Below are positions 30,501-38,242 of a stretch of DNA of 64,000 nt, in pieces. The position numbers were made by a program, and so were the translations under genes. How positions within the stretch are numbered: position 1 is the stretch's first letter; each line of letters opens with the position of its first letter. The DNA is from a virus, in the IMG/VR virus record IMGVR_UViG_3300025122_000006; one strand, given 5' to 3'. The notes under the pieces were generated by a model that ran no database searches, was not told the origin of the DNA, and saw only the letters and a program-made list of their open reading frames with translations.

Positions 30501-31782
30501 CCAAAAAAGCCAAAACAGTCGGATATTTATTAAGAACGAAGCTCCCATTCAGTCTTACATATTCTTTGCATCCAGATTTTGCGTAAACTTGATATTTGTT
30601 GTTCTTTTTTGCTATATTAAAAGGAATCTCGTCTGTAGTATCGAAAACTATTTTTATTTTTTCGGCTTCGGTTCGTATACCAAAGGTGGGAACATTAAAC
30701 AGAAACAATCTTTCAAAACCATTTTGAGCTAAAACGTCATTCAAAAGAGCTTTAAATTCAGTTATCTCGCTTATAACTTGAGCGTAATTTAGCCTATTCA
30801 AGCTAGGATCTTCTCCAACTATAGGCTGTTCTGCTCTAATTAATAAATCATCAACGCGTTGAAACGCCGAGTAATAAAAGCTGAAGGCGTTGAGAGATAC
30901 TCTTAATTTAAACAAACGATCTGATAAACTTTGTGTATCAAGAACTATTTCGTCTAAATTAAATGCAAGATCTTCAGTTATATCTGATACTCCAATCGGA
31001 GCTTCTGGGATTTTATTAAAATTTTCAGCAGGAATCGAGATTAAATATTTTTTCCCTTCATTATATCGATAATTAACATAAGTCTCTTCTATTACTGTGA
31101 CCCACTCTAAAGCATAAGGGTGAACCATCGGATATAAATTTTCTATTTTTTCTAGTCGACTTGAAAGATCAGAGCCGAAGTAAGTTGTCAAATACTCTTT
31201 TAATTGACCTTGTTCATTTTCAGAAGGGAAAAGCCCGAATCTTTCAAATCTATCTTTATCTAGCAACCCCTTCGTAACAAGTCCGGTTAAGGCTAGTGCT
31301 GAGATACCTCCCGGTACTCCTGCAAAAGCGATGCCCAATAATACACCAGCTATTTTTGCTGATTTAAATTTTTCTGCTTTTGTTTTATATTCCTCTATAT
31401 CAGCGCGGAGATCTTGTATCTCTTTTTTAGTTGCAGAACAGCCGCCAAAAGAACAGACGGTTTCGTCTGCTATCAATTTATCATATTGTGATAATAATCT
31501 TCTTATTCCTTCGCGAATAATTTCTTGCTCTAATCGATCGTCAGCCGGGAATATTATTCCACCTGGCTGTTCTCCTGATACTTCTAATTCGTTAATTACT
31601 ATTTTATATTGACAAGTGGCTTCATCTAGCCAGCCTTCTGTCATTTTAAACCATCGCTTTTCGAGCACATAGTTGGGGTTCTTTGTGCAAGTTGGACAAA
31701 TTTGTTTTTCAACAAACGATTGTCGTTCTACGATGCATTCGTCTTGTTGAAAATCAGAAAATTTTTCTTCTGCTTCAGCCAT
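24568..31782 (-). CDS. Giant hypothetical virion protein
   Basis: 2404 aa between the spike gene and gp25; acidic and helical, with an N-proximal hydrophobic segment; GAGG RBS. Confidence 0.65.
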   Translation of the reverse strand: MAEAEEKFSDFQQDECIVERQSFVEKQICPTCTKNPNYVLEKRWFKMTEGWLDEATCQYKIVINELEVSGEQPGGIIFPADDRLEQEIIREGIRRLLSQYDKLIADETVCSFGGCSATKKEIQDLRADIEEYKTKAEKFKSAKIAGVLLGIAFAGVPGGISALALTGLVTKGLLDKDRFERFGLFPSENEQGQLKEYLTTYFGSDLSSRLEKIENLYPMVHPYALEWVTVIEETYVNYRYNEGKKYLISIPAENFNKIPEAPIGVSDITEDLAFNLDEIVLDTQSLSDRLFKLRVSLNAFSFYYSAFQRVDDLLIRAEQPIVGEDPSLNRLNYAQVISEITEFKALLNDVLAQNGFERLFLFNVPTFGIRTEAEKIKIVFDTTDEIPFNIAKKNNKYQVYAKSGCKEYVRLNGSFVLNKYPTVLAFLARLDEITIDLTALETKPWLEFTLEYFYPTMIADYGLNSGAATEEQKSALACFLEQELALGDGNLIDSVTETILSAADIWAYERAKEACKQREAAVEDGASAEKDKKNRKERKAERAAERRAEMVDRFTNDIYNEEIQIIVDNFNYIELTADEDHVPWTRQRFENRYPETVESTREIAKQEAEEKYAANEEKFGDKITNSPWAHDTKDALRATFEKEFTIVDTLKKDINTLKDVEGLNDFLAVFGVCGVSKLSGTVIKCLTGGLTLEKILDAAIRKIFEYMDLYVFQAFLNGLPANIKREIDRQIQKQFGKGLGVAKLLGFLLEQQPNANLRAVSGPMLAEIDRAMDVIRKSVLPADDLSPQNLEEVAYLLEGGDTTFGIWALKLEVDKVYDYDAKSFKGENDKDKKHNERLLRRNIRSAIKDRDKEELEAARKKFLSLLNQPALLEGSTLQEDAAEKRAVRAEGREQRRGAGVDLVNTKIGALGKSEYEQAVQDYEETNLGVKVNKLIGAVLVEAIESLFDFIPSTNLFEMLKQFPIPDLVINLLETLIKPCPSQPLFYPPPAEFLNSLKVDICDPTLQISFPKLVMPPTNWRYSLRKKVRDEVRKKLQELFTKLLVDMFKKILDSLESAFCKALETIGGLAAESLGSKNLEDSFYKALDAAFCGPDPGYENARAISDSLFGLHAAKATNLISGLAAQDELLNAITSDEPDDELNDRIATAINTLAPELEVLLGSPGKVSYFFWTVGSFLSSEDKERIQDMLDEGIPNLPISSAICLTNEQLDEWNKLREQLLRDKGLSREDAFAQVNRLNDLTEEALADFMDDKAALDGPGLFTAPVADLFGLHTDADDDCGKLAEDAGIDDIYDNDEECCDDIIQNQQSEFEKDQERTDTEEEFEALNRIIKRSFLGRGGIFNEALRDMNDKTLFFHILRVKRTHLWSNYANHPDEHEIKYADAGKILQATMKLTSEGTGKPDPEGIFPETVCIKLRDEASKEDNFEIKSSAGFSTEKIKSEPYSPGFRIDEILTEEAVSKNDGNKEHNIFLRFVNDQKDNKDILPKRNRVYYESYSNVTYHSVNPGYFDYYSSVTENISKDDPSYEADYSSIIPIELSDEQVGVLSAININYGVDKENNMRQYVFDKFLNYNYSDLIGSQDYKSLFDSTIEEFTKSVKDSVFIDPDNDIPYGFRFGYKPDSLIEDDFVYYNPDGKAEYNLRNAEKILGVYNNSRIVVLDPEVYGGTYRRPPIHIKPLTYTGWLDTSQVLFGGYEGCEPKTPGALAFKDIGQRVNKLKNGLQEDSRLAEDPDCISIRPFNHLLHSKTHASLDGVVRTTLRTYAAEYFLLGLGIFTNLKFSENNYDLACTTYMVNKMKETMTGLGSARSSRRIRIKRSNYWYTFLEQTVQAYQRMIDVDGLKPPIEIQSALDIIYQVQKNYVYPTRKLKRKFLNVDYTFRCPGAEMHPDDITDISYFYHAAAAFRIYGDNMFKAEDEVKIRRKKRFRLKKLRFFTKILAIRIVERECILILSEMMKSEIRILSDRFSGEMSVAPTISDAKKYLLGMEKIFPMSNSRIGLASHENDGDPGNIPSVSENNMSFDVPDASKATFIVEKYIRLREGPPSKIQLDGSYKPVPDFILNRLDEYRGIISPEKFNEFKASLSQEGLGDFRLSDCFGDLEFVYKKNIKSFYEKKSTSKRAFINDRMLQEFITLNPDLEEEIVGFHQKYLLGRDPPGFTILISKKNLDVNEELSPAGVVGDTGVYYGIRISIIPPKGKYNIDSTSELTRKSKASKALMFNDGNLILPLVSEEILVIDQNLDTFDPLKSYDLACMVSKVQANPIYTLMFDKVFSTSMISSMAAIYCMHNWPFALGFGTSDDPTEFIERDIDAIDPADPEDESDGVYNKRAKRMLRRQFAGLYLSNDSDGLHPDREDSDGRLEVDNPFDEMSLANLIPKIPLLQRRRIIANPYDANGEECTNPLKDLF

Positions 31783-31791
31783 TTTTAGTCC

Positions 31792-32781
31792 TCAAATTCC
31801 TTTTACATGTTTTGATAGAAAAGGGGTAGATCCCCTCGGTGTCATGAAGTTTTCTCTAATGTTATCTATCTGAGACCTCACGTTTGCTGCTTGTTGTATA
31901 GAAATAAAATTCTGTATTTTTGTAATAGCTCCCCCGACAATTCCAATAGAACTTGGTGTTGTCGGAGCTCCAAAGCCAGGAGCAGAGTCATGGAAATGAC
32001 TACCGAAGGCTTTTGCAAGCAAGGACATATTAGTTGTATTGTCCTCAACTTTTTGTAAAATCTGTATCAACACTTCTAATAACTCATCTAACATTTGCGA
32101 TAGATCCTCGCCCCTCACAACACCTTGAACTTTTTTTCTAACTGCAATAGCCTGCTTGGACACATCTAAAAGATTAAGGCATACATATTTTTCATCATGA
32201 GAATAATTTCCGGGAATTATTTCAATAGGTTGTACGCCGTCTATATCACCAGCATTGGAATTTTTTTCATCGTGACGACCATCAAGCCTAGACTTTCCAG
32301 TTACAATCTTAAAACCTTCTCTAGCATGTAATCTGATCGTGTCCGACTTTAAACCAATCATGGATCTGGCTTTTACGTTTGAACCAGCCAAGCCCATGTA
32401 ATGATCTGGGTCTGCTTGTTGTGAAATATAAATCCTTGATGCATCAATAGTAAAATTGGGGCTTAACATTGTATTTGAACTGGGGACTCCTCCGGGAAAA
32501 GAAGACGCCAAACCAGCAATCAAATCTATTCTAGATGTCTGTGTGGCTCCTTGTCCGCCGTAACCTGAAGATGGGCCTGTCGGCTTGTCCTCGCCGAGAA
32601 TTATCAATTGATTGGTGGGGCCCCTCGTAATCGTTTCATTCTGGGCTACTTCTAAAGTGGGGCAAGCCTGGTCAATTGTGGTATTTTGAATGCCCCTTCT
32701 TCTATTATTCGCACGAAGGCCTGACAGCCTACTTTGATCCCAAAAATTTCCCTGATCCTGTAGTTTCTTCTTTCTAGTCAC
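31792..32781 (-). CDS. Probable baseplate central spike (gp5/gpV-like C-terminal part)
   Basis: 329 aa. Beta-repeat-like segment (IGLKSDTIRLHAREGFKIVT), VVRGEDL, HFH motif followed by G.PTTP, as in contractile-tail spikes. Confidence 0.55.
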   Translation of the reverse strand: MTRKKKLQDQGNFWDQSRLSGLRANNRRRGIQNTTIDQACPTLEVAQNETITRGPTNQLIILGEDKPTGPSSGYGGQGATQTSRIDLIAGLASSFPGGVPSSNTMLSPNFTIDASRIYISQQADPDHYMGLAGSNVKARSMIGLKSDTIRLHAREGFKIVTGKSRLDGRHDEKNSNAGDIDGVQPIEIIPGNYSHDEKYVCLNLLDVSKQAIAVRKKVQGVVRGEDLSQMLDELLEVLIQILQKVEDNTTNMSLLAKAFGSHFHDSAPGFGAPTTPSSIGIVGGAITKIQNFISIQQAANVRSQIDNIRENFMTPRGSTPFLSKHVKGI

Positions 32782-34079
32782 TTGAACCTCTCCCAGGCTG
32801 GGGCGGCGGGATCAACGCTCGATTGGGTTTGTGTGGTTGATGGAGCTCCTGTGACGAGGGCGGTATAATCGACGTTCGATTGGGCTGGTGTAGTTGGCGG
32901 AGCTACTCCGGAAGGAACAGCAGTCGGTTCTACATTTTGTGCTGTAGCGGTAGCAAGCATCTGACTCATTACTGTTTTAGAAACAACATTCCCAAAATCA
33001 AAATGTACTGGATCGTAATTTCCACCAAAATGGCCACCCCATCGTAAATTAATTGATTCTCCGATCTCAACAATTCCAGAATCTACCCAGTCCTTTTTAG
33101 GACGAACTGATTTGATCCACTCTCCAGAACTCAAAACGGGATTAAAATCAATTGACATCCCGGCATTATGATAACTAGTTCCTCCGGCAGCTGGTTTAAT
33201 TCCGGTGCTCCCGGCTGCGACCCACGCAGCAAGCAGCTCATTTGATCTTTTAGGAGATCTATATCCATCATTCATATATATCGATATCTTTTTTTCTTCA
33301 TACGCTTTGTATATAAAGGCTTTAATGTAGGGCGCAAATTCTGGGTGTAAAGTAGCAATGAATCTATCGCTTCGGGCTTTATAGGGAATTGTTGTAGATG
33401 AATCATATTTTCCAGCCCAAAAGGCGATGCTGCTGTCTGTTTCGCCGAACAGAAGAGCCTGACTCAGCGTCTGGGGCTGTCCTCCTTCAAAGAGCTTTGC
33501 TGCAGGGGTTTTGTCTGTTATTCCAAACAATTTATCAAACTCCGGTTCTCTTTCAATGTTTCCTCGAGGAAAATCAAACCTCACATTGTTAAAGCTTGTT
33601 TTATCTGTATTATTTTCAAACCGACACCAAACTTTGCATCCAAATTCCAAAGAAGATTGTACCGCGGTGTCGGTTGAAGATCTAATTCGACACAAGTGGG
33701 TACAAATGTTCATCAATTCTTTCAATTTTGTTAAACGTTTTGCCGGCGTATCTGTAGCAAAAGTTAAAATATCTGGTATCATTGAACCGAACAGAGAAGG
33801 AGTTTTCCAAGGATAAATTGTAATTTCCAAATATGTGTTATTATTGGAGTCCGTCACCCGAGTGGCATCATCAAAATCGTTTCCTGTGCCAGTATTTTGT
33901 TCTGTTCTATAGCCGGATAAAACAATGCCCCAAAAGCCGTTAGGCCTTTCACGATTCATTGCTTCATTGTTCATATTATCTGTCTTTATGGCCGACCTCC
34001 AATACCAAAGATCAATCGGATCATTGCTGTATTGATTAATCAGATACGGGTTTAACATGTTGGGTTTATACTTAGGCAT
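32778..34079 (-). CDS. Peptidase M15 (L-Ala-D-Glu endopeptidase-like) domain protein, probable tail-associated lysin
   Basis: 433 aa. GYRS, SYHNAGMSIDF, LRWGGHF, DPVHF zinc-peptidase motifs; unknown N-terminal ~200 aa. Confidence 0.8.
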   Translation of the reverse strand: MPKYKPNMLNPYLINQYSNDPIDLWYWRSAIKTDNMNNEAMNRERPNGFWGIVLSGYRTEQNTGTGNDFDDATRVTDSNNNTYLEITIYPWKTPSLFGSMIPDILTFATDTPAKRLTKLKELMNICTHLCRIRSSTDTAVQSSLEFGCKVWCRFENNTDKTSFNNVRFDFPRGNIEREPEFDKLFGITDKTPAAKLFEGGQPQTLSQALLFGETDSSIAFWAGKYDSSTTIPYKARSDRFIATLHPEFAPYIKAFIYKAYEEKKISIYMNDGYRSPKRSNELLAAWVAAGSTGIKPAAGGTSYHNAGMSIDFNPVLSSGEWIKSVRPKKDWVDSGIVEIGESINLRWGGHFGGNYDPVHFDFGNVVSKTVMSQMLATATAQNVEPTAVPSGVAPPTTPAQSNVDYTALVTGAPSTTQTQSSVDPAAPAWERFK

Positions 34080-34363
34080 TATTTATTCTCCGATTTTTGT
34101 ATTTGTTCAAAAATTTGAACAAAATCGTCCTCAGTTAATTCCTCAGATTTTTCTTGTTTTGATATTAAAGAGCATAATTTAACTAATTGTTCGTTAGATC
34201 TTTGCAAGGTCTCAACATATTTAGCTAATGTCATGCCAATCTCTTTATGCCGAGCATCGTCAACACTGAGCCACTTAATTGCATCGTCTAGCAGTTCTCT
34301 CGTGATCTCTCTGTCTTCTGTTATATTTTTTATTGCTTGATCTATGTGTTTTCTGCTTTTCAT
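34079..34363 (-). CDS. Hypothetical helical/coiled-coil protein
   Basis: Likely start MKSRKH at 34363; the longer ORF-track start overlaps the sigma gene. Confidence 0.6.
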   Translation of the reverse strand: MKSRKHIDQAIKNITEDREITRELLDDAIKWLSVDDARHKEIGMTLAKYVETLQRSNEQLVKLCSLISKQEKSEELTEDDFVQIFEQIQKSENK

Positions 34364-34364
34364 A

Positions 34365-34379
34365 TAAATAATTAGATCT
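34365..34379 (-). promoter_or_regulatory. Putative phage late promoter AGATCTAATTATTTA
   Basis: Identical to 24554-24568; sits immediately before the ATG at 34363. Confidence 0.6.
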
Positions 34380-34382
34380 GGT

Positions 34383-35081
34383 CTAGATTTTACCATCATC
34401 CCAATCGGATTTAAACTCCTTATACCTTTTCCTCATTTTATTGAGATGAGTAACTATTTGCTTTGTGTTCATCCCGGTTAATTCCCTAAGATAAAGATAA
34501 ACCGCTTTTTTATTAAAAATTTCTATATCATCAACAGACGATAAAACAATCTTAACTGCTTCATAGACCTTTCTTTCGGCTTCTTTTTCATAATCCACTT
34601 CCCAAGAATCAATCTCTTCCCACAAATTTTTCCAAAATTCTCTATTCACTCTTTCTTGATAATATTGATCTCCCGGATCAATAAAGCTGGATCGTAACTC
34701 AAGTTCCGCTTCTTCATATGGAACTTCTCTCCGAAGTCTTTTGGTATTACGTTTTACTTTATGAATAAACCAGTTTTTTGTAATAACAGAAAAATATGAA
34801 AATGCCTTCGACCCTCTATTTGGATCATACTTATCCAATATCGTAGTCAACCATACCTTACATTCCATTCGTAATTCATCAATATTTGGCAGAGAAGTAA
34901 ATTTATATGAAAAAACAATTTTATCAACCAATTGATTAAATGCTGGTTGTATTAATTTTTCATATAATATTTCTTTTTCTGGATACGAAGAAGTTGTGCA
35001 GTATTTAATGATCGCTTCTTCGTGTTCCTGCGTAAAATACATCTTTTTCTTGTTCGTTTTCTTGTTCATTTTCTTGTTCAT
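34383..35081 (-). CDS. Phage-encoded RNA polymerase sigma factor (probable late sigma)
   Basis: YFTQEHEEAIIKY, DKYDPNRGSKAFSYFSVITKNWFI (region 2-like); C-terminal LRELTGMNTKQI helix-turn-helix. Start ambiguous (35081, 35069 or 35042). Confidence 0.8.
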   Translation of the reverse strand: MNKKMNKKTNKKKMYFTQEHEEAIIKYCTTSSYPEKEILYEKLIQPAFNQLVDKIVFSYKFTSLPNIDELRMECKVWLTTILDKYDPNRGSKAFSYFSVITKNWFIHKVKRNTKRLRREVPYEEAELELRSSFIDPGDQYYQERVNREFWKNLWEEIDSWEVDYEKEAERKVYEAVKIVLSSVDDIEIFNKKAVYLYLRELTGMNTKQIVTHLNKMRKRYKEFKSDWDDGKI

Positions 35082-35385
35082 TTTCTTGTTCAATTTCGAG
35101 AGGTTCTGTTAAATAAATAATTTCGCCATACTGATCTTCTAAAATTTTTAAAAGAGAGTTTGTATGTTGTAACAGAAAGTTTAAATTCTCATCTCCATAA
35201 AATGTTTCCATAGAATAAAGATCCTTTAAGTGATTCCGATAGTTTGAAATCATTTCAAATAAATCATTAATATTTCCGGAAACGATAAATAACTTTTTAG
35301 ATTGTTCTCGAATAAACCAGAAAAAAAATCCATTAATAAACAATGATATTATTAAAAAAATACTAAGCCATAATTTAATTGTCAT
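35005..35385 (-). CDS. Hypothetical membrane-anchored protein
   Basis: N-terminal TM helix LWLSIFLIISLFINGFFFWFI; GGAG RBS; C-terminus overlaps the sigma gene. Confidence 0.65.
   Translation of the reverse strand: MTIKLWLSIFLIISLFINGFFFWFIREQSKKLFIVSGNINDLFEMISNYRNHLKDLYSMETFYGDENLNFLLQHTNSLLKILEDQYGEIIYLTEPLEIEQENEQENEQENEQEKDVFYAGTRRSDH
35045..35092. repeat. Tandem repeat, 4 x 12 bp (TTTTCTTGTTC[A/G])
   Basis: Read directly from the sequence; encodes EQEN repeats in one frame and MNKK repeats in the sigma frame. Confidence 0.9.
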
Positions 35386-35638
35386 CAATATAGTACTCCT
35401 TTTTTGCCTTTTCTTTAATGTCTTTTAAAACAGTCTTATTCGCCTCTATAGCAGCTTTTACTTCATCGCCTACCTTGTTACCCCTTGAATCTTCTCGGAG
35501 CTTCAGAAAGGGCATTTGTGGAACTCTATGAGGTGATTGGGCGCAGCAGTAGATACACTCCTCTTGGGCTTCATTCATGCCGTGATACATCTCAAAATGT
35601 GCAGTACAATAATCACATTTGTATACATATTTAGGCAT
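35375..35638 (-). CDS. FmdB-family zinc-ribbon protein
   Basis: MPKYVYKCDYC..HFE...CIYC pattern. Confidence 0.8.
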   Translation of the reverse strand: MPKYVYKCDYCTAHFEMYHGMNEAQEECIYCCAQSPHRVPQMPFLKLREDSRGNKVGDEVKAAIEANKTVLKDIKEKAKKEYYIDDN

Positions 35639-35832
35639 TATTCAATTTCCACGCTCTTCTCTTCATCATCTATTTCTATCAATGGAGGGTTCATTACGAC
35701 AAGCTCATTAGAATCATCGATTTGAATTTCAAATCCCTTTAGCAGCGGCACTATATCCGATTGTTCCATTAATGATCTTTGCAAAGCCATCATGATTGCT
35801 CCGAGGGCTTGGTTTGATAATACATAATTCAT
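35638..35832 (-). CDS. Small hypothetical protein
   Basis: Likely start MNYVLS at 35832 with GGAG RBS; 64 aa. Confidence 0.6.
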   Translation of the reverse strand: MNYVLSNQALGAIMMALQRSLMEQSDIVPLLKGFEIQIDDSNELVVMNPPLIEIDDEEKSVEIE

Positions 35833-35833
35833 T

Positions 35834-36208
35834 TTAATCTCCTTTTTTAATTCTGTAACTGTCTGTGTCAAAATGTTGGGTTGAGAACTCAAAAAGTTCT
35901 GTATCCTCCAGTGCAATCATTTGATGGCGCAATCCACGGTAAACATGAAAATTGTCACCTGGGCCTAATATTCTTTCCTCTGCCACTAGGATGCCGTGTT
36001 CATACATCACATCTCCATCGGAATATCTAACTTTAATTTTTCCAGATTGCACATAAAAAACTTCGTCTTTTAGTTTGTGATAGTGCCACGAGCAACGTTT
36101 TCCTTTTACAAAATATAAAAGTTTCCCACAATATTCTTCGCAGTTAACAATCCACTTTTCAAATCCCCAGCCTTTAGGAACAAATTTAATTGGTAAAGAA
36201 TTCGACAT
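35834..36208 (-). CDS. Cupin (mannose-6-phosphate isomerase / sugar isomerase-like)
   Basis: VPKGWGFEKW, SWHYHKLKDEVFYVQSG, H(V)..G..HQ cupin motifs. Confidence 0.8.
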   Translation of the reverse strand: MSNSLPIKFVPKGWGFEKWIVNCEEYCGKLLYFVKGKRCSWHYHKLKDEVFYVQSGKIKVRYSDGDVMYEHGILVAEERILGPGDNFHVYRGLRHQMIALEDTELFEFSTQHFDTDSYRIKKGD

Positions 36209-36506
36209 CTTTCATTCCTTTATCGTCTACATATATATCTCCGGAGGGTTTACCAAGAAACAACTTGTGATAGTTAACCCCCCATTCTTTTAATTGATTT
36301 TCTGTCAAATTGTAAAATAATCTATGGGCAAAGATCTGAGAGTTATCGGATCTTCCCATGCCTCTAGCGGTTAAAAAATGTATTGTATTGCCTTCTTCAT
36401 ATAGTCTATTAATAACTTTTATTCTATCTTTGAGCGGTTTGGCATTTTCATAATCACCACCCGTTAGGGAACATATTGTGCCATCTATATCAAAAACATA
36501 TGTCAT
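36186..36506 (-). CDS. Small HAD-superfamily phosphatase (capsule biosynthesis phosphatase-like; possible GmhB role)
   Basis: FDIDGTIC, TARG, GKP..DIYVDDK. Confidence 0.8.
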   Translation of the reverse strand: MTYVFDIDGTICSLTGGDYENAKPLKDRIKVINRLYEEGNTIHFLTARGMGRSDNSQIFAHRLFYNLTENQLKEWGVNYHKLFLGKPSGDIYVDDKGMKDVEFFTN

Positions 36507-36898
36507 TGTATATCTCCTAAAATTTTTGTTGTAGAATAATTCCCTATCCTATCAAAAAACGCTAATTCTCCAGCATATTGTTGACCTATAACTTTTTTTC
36601 CTTTCCAATCAGATCCAATCACCATTATATCTGGTTCAGTACTTTTAATTAAATTTGATAATTCCAAGGCGCTGCTGAACACCACTACTTTATCAATATA
36701 GCGTATGCTTTCTAAGGCGAATACTCTATCTTCCAAACAATTAAATGGCCGGAGGTCTCCTTTGTCTTTTTTAACTTTTTCATCAGAATCAATTCCAACA
36801 ATTAAAAAAGTACCAAGAGATTTGGCAAATTTAAATATCTCAAAGTGTCCTCTATGTAAGATGTCAAAACACCCATTTGTCCAAATAGTTTTATACAT
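36503..36898 (-). CDS. rfaE2: Heptose-1-phosphate adenylyltransferase (RfaE domain II / HldC-like)
   Basis: TNGCFDILHRGH, VGIDSD..V...KG..RP, G.YSTT.I. Confidence 0.85.
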   Translation of the reverse strand: MYKTIWTNGCFDILHRGHFEIFKFAKSLGTFLIVGIDSDEKVKKDKGDLRPFNCLEDRVFALESIRYIDKVVVFSSALELSNLIKSTEPDIMVIGSDWKGKKVIGQQYAGELAFFDRIGNYSTTKILGDIQ

Positions 36899-36916
36899 TT
36901 TAAAATAAACTCGTTT

Positions 36917-37384
36917 TTATTTTTTCTTGATTTCTTCTGCGGAATGTTCAAATCCCTGCTCTTTGGCATATTTTATATATTCTTCACCTTGAGGTATTAA
37001 ATTTTCATGCACGATAGGCTGGTCGCATTCGTCCCATGGTTTGGTAAGAAGAGACATACAAGTCGCGCTTGTTATCGCATGAGTCGCATGCGGCACTCCC
37101 TTTGGTGTACGAAAGCAAGTACCTTTAGAACATAACATACTAACTTCTTTCCCGGTTTCTGGGTCTTTAGTTATCATCATAATCGAACCCTCCACAATTA
37201 AAAAATATTCAACAAATTCAGGATGATAGTGGTTCCCTCTTGACTTTCCAGGATGAAAGTGAAGCATGTTGAATTCGCGTATTGGTTCATCCAATACCCA
37301 AGTAAAAATACCGCCACGACCATCTTTTATTGTTGATAGGTTGCAAGTACTAGATAAAATTTCCATATTTCCAAGTTTTCTCAT
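36917..37384 (-). CDS. Cupin, NDP-keto-sugar isomerase/epimerase-like (WxcM/CapF-type)
   Basis: DGRG, RGNHYH...EYF, GVPHA. Confidence 0.7.
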   Translation of the reverse strand: MRKLGNMEILSSTCNLSTIKDGRGGIFTWVLDEPIREFNMLHFHPGKSRGNHYHPEFVEYFLIVEGSIMMITKDPETGKEVSMLCSKGTCFRTPKGVPHATHAITSATCMSLLTKPWDECDQPIVHENLIPQGEEYIKYAKEQGFEHSAEEIKKK

Positions 37385-37387
37385 TTT

Positions 37388-38242
37388 TTATTCCCCAATA
37401 TTATTAATTTTTTTTAAACAAGTTATAATTCCCTCTCTTAAAGGAAATTTAACTTGTTTCGTGAATATTTCACTAGGTTTTAAGTTTAATTGTGTAGGCA
37501 TTCTGCCGGCAATTGGCTGTGTTACCGGAATTAAAAGATCATGTGAATAACCATACGCATCACAAAACATTTTACTTAATTCATACCTGTTAACATAATC
37601 TTCTGACGCGGCATGTATAATCCCTGTTGTTTCTTTTTCTATCACATCTAATATAAATGCGGAAAGATCACTAACATGAGTTGGGCGATTATATACATCT
37701 GTAAAAACTTCAACTTCAGCTTGATTTTCCACACATTCATACAAAAATCTCAAAAAGTTTTTTCTTTCTGGCTTGTCATAGCCATATAACATAGAAGTCC
37801 GTAATATAGAAATTTTATTTATATTACTTTGTCTAAGTAAAAAGTCCTCTGCGTTAGACTTGCTGGTGCCGTAAGCGGTTTCAGGTTCTTTTATATCATT
37901 AATATCCCAGCACATATTCGGGTCACTCTTGAATACACACTCCGTAGAAAGAAAAATAAAATGAACATCAAAAGGTAAATATTGGAGGAGCTTTCTAGTT
38001 GCAAGATAGTTTGTTTGAGCTAGATCTCTTTCATCGCCTTTATAAGACGCAACTAATGCCGCCATATGTATAACAACATCAACAGGACACATTGGAATAT
38101 GCTTACTAATAGACTCATAATCATTAATGTCTTCAAGCAATAAATGAACATTGTATTTTCGACTCTCAATCAAGTCTCTCGTTACAACCTGACCAAGATA
38201 TCCAGTAGCGCCCGTGATTAAAACTGTCTTTTTCATTATCAT
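37388..38242 (-). CDS. RmlD-like NDP-4-keto-sugar reductase (SDR)
   Basis: GATGYLG, STECVF, YGTSK, FTDVYNRPTHV. Confidence 0.75.
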   Translation of the reverse strand: MIMKKTVLITGATGYLGQVVTRDLIESRKYNVHLLLEDINDYESISKHIPMCPVDVVIHMAALVASYKGDERDLAQTNYLATRKLLQYLPFDVHFIFLSTECVFKSDPNMCWDINDIKEPETAYGTSKSNAEDFLLRQSNINKISILRTSMLYGYDKPERKNFLRFLYECVENQAEVEVFTDVYNRPTHVSDLSAFILDVIEKETTGIIHAASEDYVNRYELSKMFCDAYGYSHDLLIPVTQPIAGRMPTQLNLKPSEIFTKQVKFPLREGIITCLKKINNIGE

